The notes below the pieces were generated by a model that did no database searches, was not told the DNA's origin, and saw only the letters and a list, made by a program, of their open reading frames with translations. Below, piece by piece: positions 51,449 through 60,574 of a DNA stretch of 64,000 bases (within the stretch, counting starts at the first letter, position 1; every line of letters starts with the position of its first letter). Location of the stretch: positions 16,482 to 80,481 of the forward strand of contig NZ_JADMKC010000005.1 in the NCBI RefSeq assembly GCF_018780105.1, given 5' to 3'. This DNA is from Thiobacillus sp. GTDB taxonomy: Bacteria > Pseudomonadota > Gammaproteobacteria > Burkholderiales > Thiobacillaceae. Made by a program: the position numbers and the translations under genes.

Positions 51449-51748
51449 TCACTCCTTGTTTAGCGTTCGCGCCATTTCCATGGCACGTTTGATGTCGCGC
51501 TTCTGCGAGGACTTGTCGCCGCCTAGCAGGAGCAGATAAATAACCTCGCCGCGCCGGGTGTAGTAGAGCCGATAACCTGGCCCGGCGTGGATGAGCATTT
51601 CGGAAACGCCTTCGCCAATGGGTTCGCAGTCGCCAAAGTTGCCATGCTCGGCGGAACGGATGCGATGAATGATGCGGGCACGTCCGACCTTGTCCTTTAG
51701 CGCCGCAAGCCAAGCGCCGAATTCTTCCGAGCGCAGAAAGGTGTTCAT
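51449..51748 (-). CDS. RelE/ParE/HigB-type addiction module killer protein
   Basis: F..WL..LKD..GRARI..RI...GNFGD...GEGVSE....GPGYRLYY...LLLGGDKSSQKRDI. Confidence 0.92.
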   Translation of the reverse strand: MNTFLRSEEFGAWLAALKDKVGRARIIHRIRSAEHGNFGDCEPIGEGVSEMLIHAGPGYRLYYTRRGEVIYLLLLGGDKSSQKRDIKRAMEMARTLNKE

Positions 51749-51753
51749 GTCTC

Positions 51754-51782
51754 AATGTATCCAATCGGATACCGGATTGCAA
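51754..51782 (-). promoter_or_regulatory. Sigma70 promoter with overlapping palindromic operator of the TA operon
   Basis: TTGCAA-17 nt-TACATT; GTATCC-AATC-GGATAC palindrome at 51757-51772. Confidence 0.75.
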
Positions 51783-51804
51783 CTGAATATTTGGGGCAGA
51801 CATG

Positions 51805-51833
51805 AAAAAGCGCGACTGATTGCTCAGTCGCGC
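51805..51833 (-). terminator. Intrinsic terminator after htpG
   Basis: Perfect 10-bp stem GCGCGACTGA/TCAGTCGCGC, 4-nt loop, T5 on the minus strand. Confidence 0.8.
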
Positions 51834-51867
51834 CTGGTTACAGCTTGATCCTGTTGGTGATTGGCGT

Positions 51868-53766
51868 TCAGCCCGGCAGCATCGCCAACAACCCATTCAA
51901 GCGCCGCACAAAACTCGCTGGGTCATCAAGCTGGCCGCCTTCCGCCAATAGGGCCTGCTCGAACAGCAGGTTGGCCCAGTCGGCGAAGCGGGCGTCGTCG
52001 GTTTCACTGTTGAGCCGCGTGACCAATGCATGTGACGGGTTGATTTCCAGCGTCGGTTTCACCGTGGGCGCGGACTGGCCGGCGGCCTTGAGCAGGCGCT
52101 CGAGGTTGGCGCTCATGTCGGCTTCGCCGGTGACGAGGCAGGCGGGCGAGTCGGTGAGGCGGTGGGTGACGCGCACTGCTTTGACGCGCTCGCCGAGGGC
52201 TGTTTTCACGCGCTCGACCAGCGGCTTCATGGCGTCTTCGGCTTCTTTCTGCGCAGTCTTCTCGGCTTCGTCTTCCAGTTCGCCCAGATCGAGGCCGCCC
52301 TTGGCGACGGACTTGAGCGGCTTGCCGTCAAATTCACTGAGGTTGCCGGACAGCCATTCGTCGACGCGGTCGGACAGCAGCAGGACTTCGATGCCTTTCT
52401 TGCGGAAGATTTCGAGGTGGGGGCTGTGCTGGGCGGCGGCGAAGCTGTCGGCGGTGATGTAGTAGATGGCGGTCTGGCCTTCTTTCATGCGCGCCACGTA
52501 ATCCTTGAGCGAGACGATCTGCGCGTCGCTGTCGGAGTGGGTGGAGGCAAAGCGCAGCAGGGCGGCGATGCGGTCCTTGTTGGCGTAGTCCTCGCCGGGG
52601 CCTTCCTTCATCACTTTGCCGAAGGCTTTCCAGAATTCGGCGTATTTCTCGGGCTGGTTTTCGGCCAGGTCTTCCAGCAGGCCCAGCACTTTTTTCACCG
52701 AGCCGGCCTTGATGGATTCGATGTCGCGGCTGTGCTGCAGGATTTCGCGCGAGACGTTGAGCGGCAGGTCGGCCGAGTCGATCACGCCGCGCACGAAGCG
52801 CAGGTATTGCGGCATCAGCTGTTCGGCGTCGTCCATGATGAAGACGCGGCGCACGTAAAGCTTGATGCCGTGGCGGTGTTCGCGGTCGTACAGGTCGAAC
52901 GGCGCGCGTGCCGGCAGATACAGCAGCGAGATGTATTCCTGCTTGCCTTCCACGCGGTTGTGCGACCACGCCAGCGGCGCTTCGGAGTCGTGTGCGACGT
53001 GCTTGTAGAACTCGTTGTATTCGTCTTCCGTTACGTCCTTTTTGGCGCGCGCCCACAGGGCCGAGGCGCGGTTGACTGTTTCGTCTTCGTCGGTGGGGGT
53101 TTCGACGCCGTCTTTCCATTCGGTCTGCTTCATCACGATGGGCAGGGTGATGTGGTCGGAGTAAGTGCGGATGACCGACTTGATCTTCCAGTCGGAGAGG
53201 AACTCGTCTTCGGCTTCGCGCAGGTGCAGCACGATCTCGGTGCCACGCGTGGGCTTTTCGACGGTTTCCAGGGTGTAGTCGCCGGCACCTTCGGATTCCC
53301 AGCGCACGCCGTGTTCGGGGGTGAGGCCGGCGCGGCGGGTGGTGAGCGTCACGCGGTCGGCGACGATGAAGGCGGAGTAGAAGCCGACGCCGAATTTGCC
53401 GATCAGGGCGGCGTCTTTCTTCTGGTCGCCCGACAGCTGCGAGAAGAATTCATGGGTGCCGGACTTGGCGATGGTGCCGATGTGGTCGATGACTTCCTGC
53501 CGGCTCATGCCGATGCCGTTGTCGCTGATGGTCAGCGTGCGCGCGTCGCGGTCGAAGGCGACGCGGATTTTCAGCTCGGAGTCGCCTTCAAACAGGGCGG
53601 GGTCGGACAGCGCTTCGAAGCGCAGCTTGTCGGCGGCGTCGGAGGCGTTGGAAATCAGTTCGCGCAGGAAAATGTCCTTGTTGGAATACAAGGAATGGAT
53701 CATCAGCTGCAGCAGTTGTTTGACTTCGGCCTGAAAGCCCAGGGTTTCTTTGGTGGTGGCGGACAT
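51868..53766 (-). CDS. htpG: Hsp90 chaperone
   Basis: [50 protein letters not shown]. Confidence 0.97.
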   Translation of the reverse strand: MSATTKETLGFQAEVKQLLQLMIHSLYSNKDIFLRELISNASDAADKLRFEALSDPALFEGDSELKIRVAFDRDARTLTISDNGIGMSRQEVIDHIGTIAKSGTHEFFSQLSGDQKKDAALIGKFGVGFYSAFIVADRVTLTTRRAGLTPEHGVRWESEGAGDYTLETVEKPTRGTEIVLHLREAEDEFLSDWKIKSVIRTYSDHITLPIVMKQTEWKDGVETPTDEDETVNRASALWARAKKDVTEDEYNEFYKHVAHDSEAPLAWSHNRVEGKQEYISLLYLPARAPFDLYDREHRHGIKLYVRRVFIMDDAEQLMPQYLRFVRGVIDSADLPLNVSREILQHSRDIESIKAGSVKKVLGLLEDLAENQPEKYAEFWKAFGKVMKEGPGEDYANKDRIAALLRFASTHSDSDAQIVSLKDYVARMKEGQTAIYYITADSFAAAQHSPHLEIFRKKGIEVLLLSDRVDEWLSGNLSEFDGKPLKSVAKGGLDLGELEDEAEKTAQKEAEDAMKPLVERVKTALGERVKAVRVTHRLTDSPACLVTGEADMSANLERLLKAAGQSAPTVKPTLEINPSHALVTRLNSETDDARFADWANLLFEQALLAEGGQLDDPASFVRRLNGLLAMLPG

Positions 53767-53806
53767 GCCTTCTTTCTCCATCATGGTTGAAACGATGGGA
53801 CGGCAT

Positions 53807-53833
53807 ATTGGGGCATGGGGCGTGGGTTTCAAG
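53807..53833 (-). promoter_or_regulatory. Sigma32 (RpoH) promoter of htpG
   Basis: Minus strand CTTGAAA-13 nt-CCCCAAT. Confidence 0.8.
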
Positions 53834-53931
53834 CCCTGCCTGGTCACGATTTCCTGGTCGAATGATCTATAAATAAAAGCCCATTTTGGGTATCCGGAAG
53901 TGCCGGATCGAGGGGGCTAAGGAGGTACAGC

Positions 53932-54129
53932 ATGGCACGCAAATTTATCGATTGCCGGGAATATCCGAGCGAAATGAACTGCACAGTATTCATGTCGGCA
54001 GACCGCGAAGACGAACTGCTGGAAGCGGCCGTTCAGCATGCCGTGGCCGTTCACGGCCACACCGACACACCTGAGCTGCGCGAAACGCTACGCTCGATGT
54101 TCAAAGAGGAGCTCAGGAAAGCTGCCTGA
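53932..54129 (+). CDS. DUF1059 small metal-binding protein
   Basis: RKFIDCREYPSEMNC...ELLEAAVQHAVAVHGH; AAGGAGG RBS. Confidence 0.85.
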   Translation: MARKFIDCREYPSEMNCTVFMSADREDELLEAAVQHAVAVHGHTDTPELRETLRSMFKEELRKAA

Positions 54130-54255
54130 GCATTTCGCCATCGGGCGGCGGTGCGCCCGGCGGTTTGTGGCCTGTTGCAGTATGCTGGAGAGTGGGGCGG
54201 ATTGCAGAATCCGCCCCGGGCGGTGATTTTGCATGGAGATAGCGCCTACCGTTCC

Positions 54256-55272
54256 TCAGGCCGCCGCGGCTTCCAGGCGAAACGGCCGCAAATGGCCGAC
54301 GAACTGCTCGGTGGCTGCGCGCCAGGAGAACTTTTCGGCGTGGGCGCGGGCGTGGCCGCGTTCGATGTCGAGCGCGGCGAGGCAGGCGATGCGCAGGTCG
54401 TTGTGCATGACGCCGGCGGTCGAGTTGCCGAGTACGTCGATCGGCCCGCTGACCGGGTAGGCCGCGACCGGCAGGCCGCAGGCCATGGCTTCCAGCAGCA
54501 CCAGGCCGAAGGTGTCGGTTTTGCTGGGGAACACGAAGACGTCGGCGGCGGCATAGATTTCGGCCAGTTCGGGCTGCTTCATCACCCCGAGGTAGTGGGC
54601 GTCGGGATACTGTGCGCGCAGGCCAGCCAGCGCTGGACCGTCGCCGACCACCCATTTGGAGCCGGGCAGGTCGAGCTTGAGGAAGGCCTCGACGTTCTTT
54701 TCGACCGCCACCCGGCCGACATACAGAAAGATCGGGTGTTCGCTGTCGAGACGATGCGAGGGCTGCAGCCGGAACACGTCGAGATCGACCCCGCGCGACC
54801 ACAGCACCACGTTGTCGAAGCCGAAGGTTTCGAGGTCGGTCTTGACCGCCTGGGTGGGCGTCATCACCGCGCTGGCGGGGCCGTGAAACCAGCGCAGAAA
54901 GCGGTAGGTCCAGGCCAGCGGAATGCCGGTGCGGGCTTTGACGTATTCGGGAAAACGCGTGTGGTAGGCGGTGGTGAAGGGCAGGCCGTTGCGGATGGCG
55001 TAGCGGCGCGCGGCGAGGCCGAGCGGTCCCTCGGTGGCGATGTGCAGCGCGTGCGGATCGTAGTCGCGGATGCGCCGGTGCACCGCGTTGCCGGCCAGCA
55101 CCGACAGGCGGATGTCGGGATAGGTGGGGCAGGGCAGGGTGCGGAATTCGAGCGGGGTGAGGATGTCCACCTGATGCCCCATGGCTTCCATTTCGCGGCG
55201 CGTGGTGGTGAGGGTGCGCACGACGCCATTGACCTGGGGTGCCCAGGCGTCGGTCACGATCATGACTTTCAT
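54256..55272 (-). CDS. GT4 glycosyltransferase, Agt-like glycolipid synthase
   Basis: TDAWAPQVNGVV, HIATEGPLG, YHTRFPEY, DTFGLVLLEAMACG; coupled to a plcP-like gene. Confidence 0.85.
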   Translation of the reverse strand: MKVMIVTDAWAPQVNGVVRTLTTTRREMEAMGHQVDILTPLEFRTLPCPTYPDIRLSVLAGNAVHRRIRDYDPHALHIATEGPLGLAARRYAIRNGLPFTTAYHTRFPEYVKARTGIPLAWTYRFLRWFHGPASAVMTPTQAVKTDLETFGFDNVVLWSRGVDLDVFRLQPSHRLDSEHPIFLYVGRVAVEKNVEAFLKLDLPGSKWVVGDGPALAGLRAQYPDAHYLGVMKQPELAEIYAAADVFVFPSKTDTFGLVLLEAMACGLPVAAYPVSGPIDVLGNSTAGVMHNDLRIACLAALDIERGHARAHAEKFSWRAATEQFVGHLRPFRLEAAAA

Positions 55273-56186
55273 GGCATCTCCAGAACGGGGACGACGGCTT
55301 CGACGGGCGCCTTGTGGGCATCCAGGCAGTGCGTCCAGTGGATGATTTCGAGCGTGCCGTCGGCGGTTTCGGCCAGCGCGGTGAGGCTTTCCACCCAGTC
55401 GCCGTCGTTGCAGTACATCAGGCCGTCGAGCATGCGGATCTCAGCCTTGTGGATGTGGCCGCAGATGACGCCGTCGCAGTCGCGGCGGCGCGCTTCGTCG
55501 GTCATCACTTTTTCGAACGCGGTGATGAAGCTGACCGCATTCTTGACCTTGTGCTTGATGTATTGCGACAGCGACCAGTAGGGATAACCCATGCGCGTGC
55601 GCAGGCCGTTGAACCAGCGGTTGAGCGCGAGGATCAGGGTGTAGCCCGAGTCGCCCAGATAGGCCAGCCAGCGCGCGTGCTGCATCACGCCGTCGAACAG
55701 GTCGCCGTGGGTGACGAGGAAGCGCCGGCCGTCGGCGGTGACGTGGATCACTTCATCCGCCACCTCGATGTCGCCAAACGCCAGCCCCATGAACTGGCGC
55801 GCCATCGAGTCGTGGTTGCCCGGCACGTAGATCACCCGGGTGCCCTTGCGCGCCTTGCGCAGCAGCTTCTGCACCACGTCGTTGTGCGCGCGCGGCCAGT
55901 ACCAGCCTTTGCGCAGCTGCCAGCCGTCGATGATGTCGCCCACCAGGTAGAGCGTGTCGGATTCGTTGTGCTTCAGGAAGTCGAGCAGGTAGCGCGCCTG
56001 ACAGCCGGCGGTGCCGAGGTGGACGTCGGAGATCCACAGCGTGCGGTAGTGGCGGGAGGGACTGTCAGCTGCAGTCTGGTCGGGCGGGGAAGCGGAGAGG
56101 CTGGGAGACCAGGGCGGCGTACCCACGGGGGCTTGAGGCAGGGCATCCGGGCGTGCGCGGAGCAGATTCGTGACGCGATTCAGCAT
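55269..56186 (-). CDS. plcP: PlcP-like metallophosphoesterase (LpxH family)
   Basis: ISDVHLGT, VGDIIDGW, PGNHD, HGDLFD, CGHIH, NDGDWVES; GT4 gene and Pho boxes adjacent. Confidence 0.75.
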   Translation of the reverse strand: MLNRVTNLLRARPDALPQAPVGTPPWSPSLSASPPDQTAADSPSRHYRTLWISDVHLGTAGCQARYLLDFLKHNESDTLYLVGDIIDGWQLRKGWYWPRAHNDVVQKLLRKARKGTRVIYVPGNHDSMARQFMGLAFGDIEVADEVIHVTADGRRFLVTHGDLFDGVMQHARWLAYLGDSGYTLILALNRWFNGLRTRMGYPYWSLSQYIKHKVKNAVSFITAFEKVMTDEARRRDCDGVICGHIHKAEIRMLDGLMYCNDGDWVESLTALAETADGTLEIIHWTHCLDAHKAPVEAVVPVLEMP

Positions 56187-56208
56187 GGCGCTATGAAGCC
56201 ACGCCCAG

Positions 56209-56248
56209 ATGACAGCGGCGTGGCAGCCCGGTGAAGCTTTGTTGACCT
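56209..56248 (-). promoter_or_regulatory. Pho-box array (four heptamers, 11-bp period)
   Basis: Minus strand AGGTCAA-caaa-GCTTCAC-cggg-CTGCCAC-gccg-CTGTCAT, 22 nt before the plcP ATG. Confidence 0.72.
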
Positions 56249-56276
56249 TTTCACCCCCGCGCGGGGCGGCTGGCGG

Positions 56277-58337
56277 TCAGCGTGAAAACAGTTCCAGCAG
56301 TGCGGTTTGCGCCTGGTAGGCCTTGGCTCGGCCGGGCTTCTTGCAGCGGTAGGTGCCGTCGGACTGCATTTCCCAAGCCTGCACGTTGTCGCGCAGATAG
56401 GGTTTGAGGCCTTCGGCGATGACGCGCTTTTTGAGCTTGGGGCTGAGGATCGGGAAGCCGGTTTCGATGCGGCGGAAGAAGTTGCGGTCCATCCAGTCGG
56501 CGGACGACAGATAAACCAGTTCGTCGCCGTCGTTCCTGAAGTAGAAAATCCGCGTGTGTTCGAGGAAGCGGCCGACGATGGAGCGCACCCGGATGTTCTC
56601 CGACAGCCCGGCAATGCCGGGACGCAGCGCGCACACGCCGCGGATGATGAGGTCGATTTTGACGCCAGCCTGCGAGGCGGCGTAGAGGGCGGCGATCACC
56701 TGCGGTTCCAGCAGCGCGTTCATCTTGGCGACGATGGCGGCAGGCTTGCCGGCGACGGCCAGCTCGGTTTCGTGCTGGATCGCAGCGATCACTTCGCTGT
56801 GCAGGGTGAACGGCGCCTGCCACAGGCGCTTGAGCTTGCCGGCCTTGCCGAGCCCGGTGATCTGGGTGAATAGGCTGTTGGCGTCGGCGGTGATGGCTTC
56901 GTCGCAGGTCATCAGCCCGAAGTCGGTGTACATGCGGGCGGTGCGCGCGTGGTAATTGCCGGTGCCGAGGTGGGCGTAGCGCTTGAGCTGGCCGTCTTCG
57001 CGGCGGATCACCAGGGCCAGCTTGGCGTGGGTCTTGTGGCCGAGCACGCCGTAAATGACGTGCGCGCCGACTTCTTCCAGCCGCGAGGCCCAGTTGATGT
57101 TGGCTTCTTCGTCGAAGCGCGCCATCAGTTCCACCACCACGGTGACTTCCTTGCCCGACTGCGCCGCGCGGATCAGCGCCATCATCAGCTGCGAATCGGT
57201 GCCGGTGCGGTAGACCGTCTGGCGGATGGCGACCACGTTGGGGTCGGCCGCCGCCTGCTCGATGAAGCTGATCACCGGCTGGAAGGATTCGAAGGGATGG
57301 TGCAGCAGGATGTCGGCCTTGCGGATCTGGGCAAAGATGTCTTCCTGCTTGTCCAGCCGCGCGGGCAGGGCCGGGGTGAACGGGGTGTACTTGAGTTCGG
57401 GGCGGTCGACCCAGTCGGGCACCTGCATCAGGCGCACCAGGTTGACCGGGCCGTTGACCTGGTAGAGGTCGTCGCGTTCGAGTTCGAACTGTTCGAGCAG
57501 GAAGGCCGCCATCGATTCCGAGCAGTTGTCCGCCACTTCGAGCCGCACGGCCGCGCCGAAATGGCGCTGCGGCAGTTCGCCCTGCAGCGACTGGCGCAGG
57601 TTCTTGGTTTCTTCGTCGTCGACGAACAGGCCGGAATTGCGGGTGACGCGAAACTGGTAACAGCCTTCCACCGTCATCCCGGTGAACAGTTCGCCGACGT
57701 GGGCGTGCAGGATCGACGACAGAAAGACGAAGCCGTATTCGCAGCCGGCGATTTCTTCGGGCATGCGGATGAAGCGCGGCAGCGCGCGCGGCGCCTGCAC
57801 CACGGCGGCGCCGGAACTGCGGCCGAAGGCGTCGCGGCCGGACAGCTCGACGGCAAAATTCAGGCTCTTGTTGAGCACGCGCGGGAACGGGTGCGAGGGA
57901 TCGAGCCCCACCGGGGTGAGTACCGGCATCAGTTCGCGCAGGTAATACTCGCGGATCCACGCCGCCTGGGCTTCGGTCCAGTGGGTGCGGCGGAAGAAGT
58001 GGATGTCGCGCTTGGCCAGCGCGGGGATCACGCTGCGGTTGAGCAGTTCGTATTGCTTGGCGACCAGGTCGTGCGCCATGGCGGATACGGCGCGGTATTG
58101 CTGCAGCGGGGTGAGCCCGTCGTCCGAGCGCTGGGTGGAGTTGGCGCGGATCTGTTCCTTGAGCCCGGCCATCCGTACTTCGAAGAATTCGTCCATATTG
58201 CTGGACACGATGCAGAGGAACTTCAGTCTTTCCAGCAGCGGCACATCGGTGTCTTCGGCTTGGGCCAGCACGCGGCGGTGAAAGGCCAGAATGCCGAGTT
58301 CGCGGTTGATCAGGGTGTCGGGACTGGGAAGATTCAT
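56277..58337 (-). CDS. ppk1: Polyphosphate kinase 1
   Basis: INRELGILAFHRRV, NMDEFFEVR, DILLHHPFESF, ELMARFDEEANI, KTHAK, SADWMDRN. Confidence 0.96.
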   Translation of the reverse strand: MNLPSPDTLINRELGILAFHRRVLAQAEDTDVPLLERLKFLCIVSSNMDEFFEVRMAGLKEQIRANSTQRSDDGLTPLQQYRAVSAMAHDLVAKQYELLNRSVIPALAKRDIHFFRRTHWTEAQAAWIREYYLRELMPVLTPVGLDPSHPFPRVLNKSLNFAVELSGRDAFGRSSGAAVVQAPRALPRFIRMPEEIAGCEYGFVFLSSILHAHVGELFTGMTVEGCYQFRVTRNSGLFVDDEETKNLRQSLQGELPQRHFGAAVRLEVADNCSESMAAFLLEQFELERDDLYQVNGPVNLVRLMQVPDWVDRPELKYTPFTPALPARLDKQEDIFAQIRKADILLHHPFESFQPVISFIEQAAADPNVVAIRQTVYRTGTDSQLMMALIRAAQSGKEVTVVVELMARFDEEANINWASRLEEVGAHVIYGVLGHKTHAKLALVIRREDGQLKRYAHLGTGNYHARTARMYTDFGLMTCDEAITADANSLFTQITGLGKAGKLKRLWQAPFTLHSEVIAAIQHETELAVAGKPAAIVAKMNALLEPQVIAALYAASQAGVKIDLIIRGVCALRPGIAGLSENIRVRSIVGRFLEHTRIFYFRNDGDELVYLSSADWMDRNFFRRIETGFPILSPKLKKRVIAEGLKPYLRDNVQAWEMQSDGTYRCKKPGRAKAYQAQTALLELFSR

Positions 58338-58401
58338 GGTCTAGTATCCGTAGGGGTCACGCATGATAAACGGCTGCATTGATAGTGAATATGACAATTC
58401 T

Positions 58402-59949
58402 ATGAACACGCCCCACCCACTTGAGGTCGAACTCAAGCTGGCCCTGCCGCCGCCGCAGGTCGCAGCATTTCTGCGGCTGATGGTGCGGCGGCGTGTCGCG
58501 CCCGAGCAGCAAAGCCTGCTGACTCGATATTTCGACACGCCGGCGTTTTCCTTGAGCCGGCAGGGAATCGCTCTGCGGGTGCGGCGCATCGGCCGCCGCT
58601 GGGTGCAGACGCTGAAAACCGAAGGCGAGCGCCACGGCGGTTTGTCGCGCCGCGCCGAATACGAGGTGCCGATCAGCGGCCGTGTACCGGACTGGAGCCG
58701 GTTTCCGGCCGAAGCGCAGGCCTGGGTGCCGCAAGCCTTGCGGGCGCAACTGGTGCCGGTGTTTGAAACCGAATTCAAGCGTACTGCCTGGCTGCTGGCG
58801 GGCGGGCAGGGCGCGGCGATCGAAGTGGCGCTGGATGTGGGCGAAGTGCGCGTTCCGGACGATTCCGGCGACGCTGCGCTGCGCCAACCGATTTGCGAAA
58901 TCGAGCTGGAACTGAAAAGCGGCCAGCCGGAAGAGCTGTTCACGCTGGCGCTGGACTGGGCATCGCAGCTGGACCTGCTGCCGCTGGATATCAGCAAGGC
59001 CGATCGCGGCGTGCAGCTGGCGCTGCGCCAGCCGCTGGAGCCGGTGAAGTCGCTGCCGCTGACGCTCGACAAGAACATGAGCGTCGAAGATGGTTTTGCC
59101 GCGGTATGTCAGGATTGTCTGGCGCAGTTTCAGGCCAACCTGCCGGGCGTGCTGGAGGAGGATGACATCGAGTACGTCCATCAGGCGCGGGTGGCGTTGC
59201 GACGCCTGCGTGCAGCGTTGCGCATCTTTCGCCGGGTGTGCGCGGTGTCGCCCGACTTGCTGGCGCAACTGCGCGAGCTGGCCGGTACGCTCGGCCCCGC
59301 GCGCGACTGGGATGTGCTGATGAGCGAAACGCTGCCGCAGGTGGCTGAGCATTTTCCGGACGCGGCGGCCTGGCAGCAGGGGGTAAGCCGGCTGGAAGCG
59401 CTGCGCGCCGAGGTGCGCGCCAACATGCGGACGCGGCTGCTGCAGGCGCATCCGGGCGCCTGGCTGCTGGCGTTTCAGCGCTGGCTATTGCAGCGCGGCT
59501 GGCGTCGCAATTCCGCCGGGGGGATGGCCAGCGAGGCGCAGCGTTTCGTCCAGCTGGCGGCGCTGCGGCCCTGGGCACAGCGGGCGCTGCGGAAAGGCCG
59601 GCGCCCGGTAATGCGCGGTGCGCAGGTGTTTGGCGAGTTGAACGCGCAGCAACGGCATCGCCTGCGTATCGCCATCAAGCGCCACCGCTATGCCACCGAG
59701 TTTTTTCAGGCACTGTTCGGCGGTCGCCGCTATGTCCGCTATCAGGCGGCGTTGCGCTGCGCGCAGGACAGTCTCGGGTGCTATCGCGATGCGCAGGTGG
59801 CGAGCGATTTTCTGTGGCAGGCCGATGCAGGCGCGATGGCGGAGTTTGCCCGCGGCTGGCTGGCCGCGCGCCAGACGGAGGTCATCCCGACCGAGAGCGC
59901 GGCCGCCGTGCAGGCCTTGCTGGCGCTGAAGTTGCCGGATGGGCTGTAG
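58402..59949 (+). CDS. CYTH-CHAD domain protein
   Basis: EVELKL, YFDTP, ALRVRR, EIELELK, SKADRG; CHAD HQARVALRRLR and HRLRIAIKRHRY. Confidence 0.9.
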   Translation: MNTPHPLEVELKLALPPPQVAAFLRLMVRRRVAPEQQSLLTRYFDTPAFSLSRQGIALRVRRIGRRWVQTLKTEGERHGGLSRRAEYEVPISGRVPDWSRFPAEAQAWVPQALRAQLVPVFETEFKRTAWLLAGGQGAAIEVALDVGEVRVPDDSGDAALRQPICEIELELKSGQPEELFTLALDWASQLDLLPLDISKADRGVQLALRQPLEPVKSLPLTLDKNMSVEDGFAAVCQDCLAQFQANLPGVLEEDDIEYVHQARVALRRLRAALRIFRRVCAVSPDLLAQLRELAGTLGPARDWDVLMSETLPQVAEHFPDAAAWQQGVSRLEALRAEVRANMRTRLLQAHPGAWLLAFQRWLLQRGWRRNSAGGMASEAQRFVQLAALRPWAQRALRKGRRPVMRGAQVFGELNAQQRHRLRIAIKRHRYATEFFQALFGGRRYVRYQAALRCAQDSLGCYRDAQVASDFLWQADAGAMAEFARGWLAARQTEVIPTESAAAVQALLALKLPDGL

Positions 59950-60046
59950 CGCACGCCAGTGGCGGCCAGATTGTCATGCTTTGGTCGCATAGCGGGCGGA
60001 CAATGGCCGGTTGAATTCAAGCGATGAATATTTGTGAGGAAGCAGG

Positions 60047-60499
60047 ATGGAACTGATTTTATGGCGGCACGCCGAGGCGGACGACACGACGCCGGACATG
60101 GAACGCAAGCTGACCGGGCGCGGACGCAAGCAGGCTTCGCGCATGGCCGACTGGCTCAACCCGCGTTTGCCGCCGGATATCCGGGTGCTGGCGAGCCCCG
60201 CCACGCGCGCCTGGCAAACCGCGCAGGCGCTGGGGCGCGATTACGAACTGGTGCCCGAACTGGCGCCGAACGCCAGTGCAGACGATCTGCTGCGCGTGGC
60301 CAACTGGCCGGATTCGTCCTATCCAGTGTTGATCGTGGGGCATCAACCTAGCTTGGGTCGGGTGGCGATGCAGTTGCTGGCCAGGCAGGACGGCGATCTG
60401 CCGGTTAAAAAAGGCGGCATCTGGTGGTTTGTGAGCCGCGAGCGCGCGGGCGAATTGCAGGTGGTATTGCGCGCTGTGGCGGGGCCTGACTGGTTATAA
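60047..60499 (+). CDS. sixA: SixA-like histidine phosphatase
   Basis: LILWRHAEA, SPATRAWQTA, VGHQPSLG. Confidence 0.85.
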   Translation: MELILWRHAEADDTTPDMERKLTGRGRKQASRMADWLNPRLPPDIRVLASPATRAWQTAQALGRDYELVPELAPNASADDLLRVANWPDSSYPVLIVGHQPSLGRVAMQLLARQDGDLPVKKGGIWWFVSRERAGELQVVLRAVAGPDWL

Positions 60500-60574
60500 T
60501 CGCCATGTGACTATTCCACCCATCCCGCATCGGGCCAACCCGCAGTACACGGCCATGCCGACGAGGCTTTTCCT

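Noticed and set aside
38273-51748. Classical integron cassette array
   Set aside because: No intI in the window and no RYYYAAC...GTTRRRY attC with inner palindrome at gene ends; TAAC and GTT at 49749-49762 are too close together.
58338-58401. Pho box upstream of ppk1
   Set aside because: One TGTCAT half-site without a partner at 11-bp spacing.
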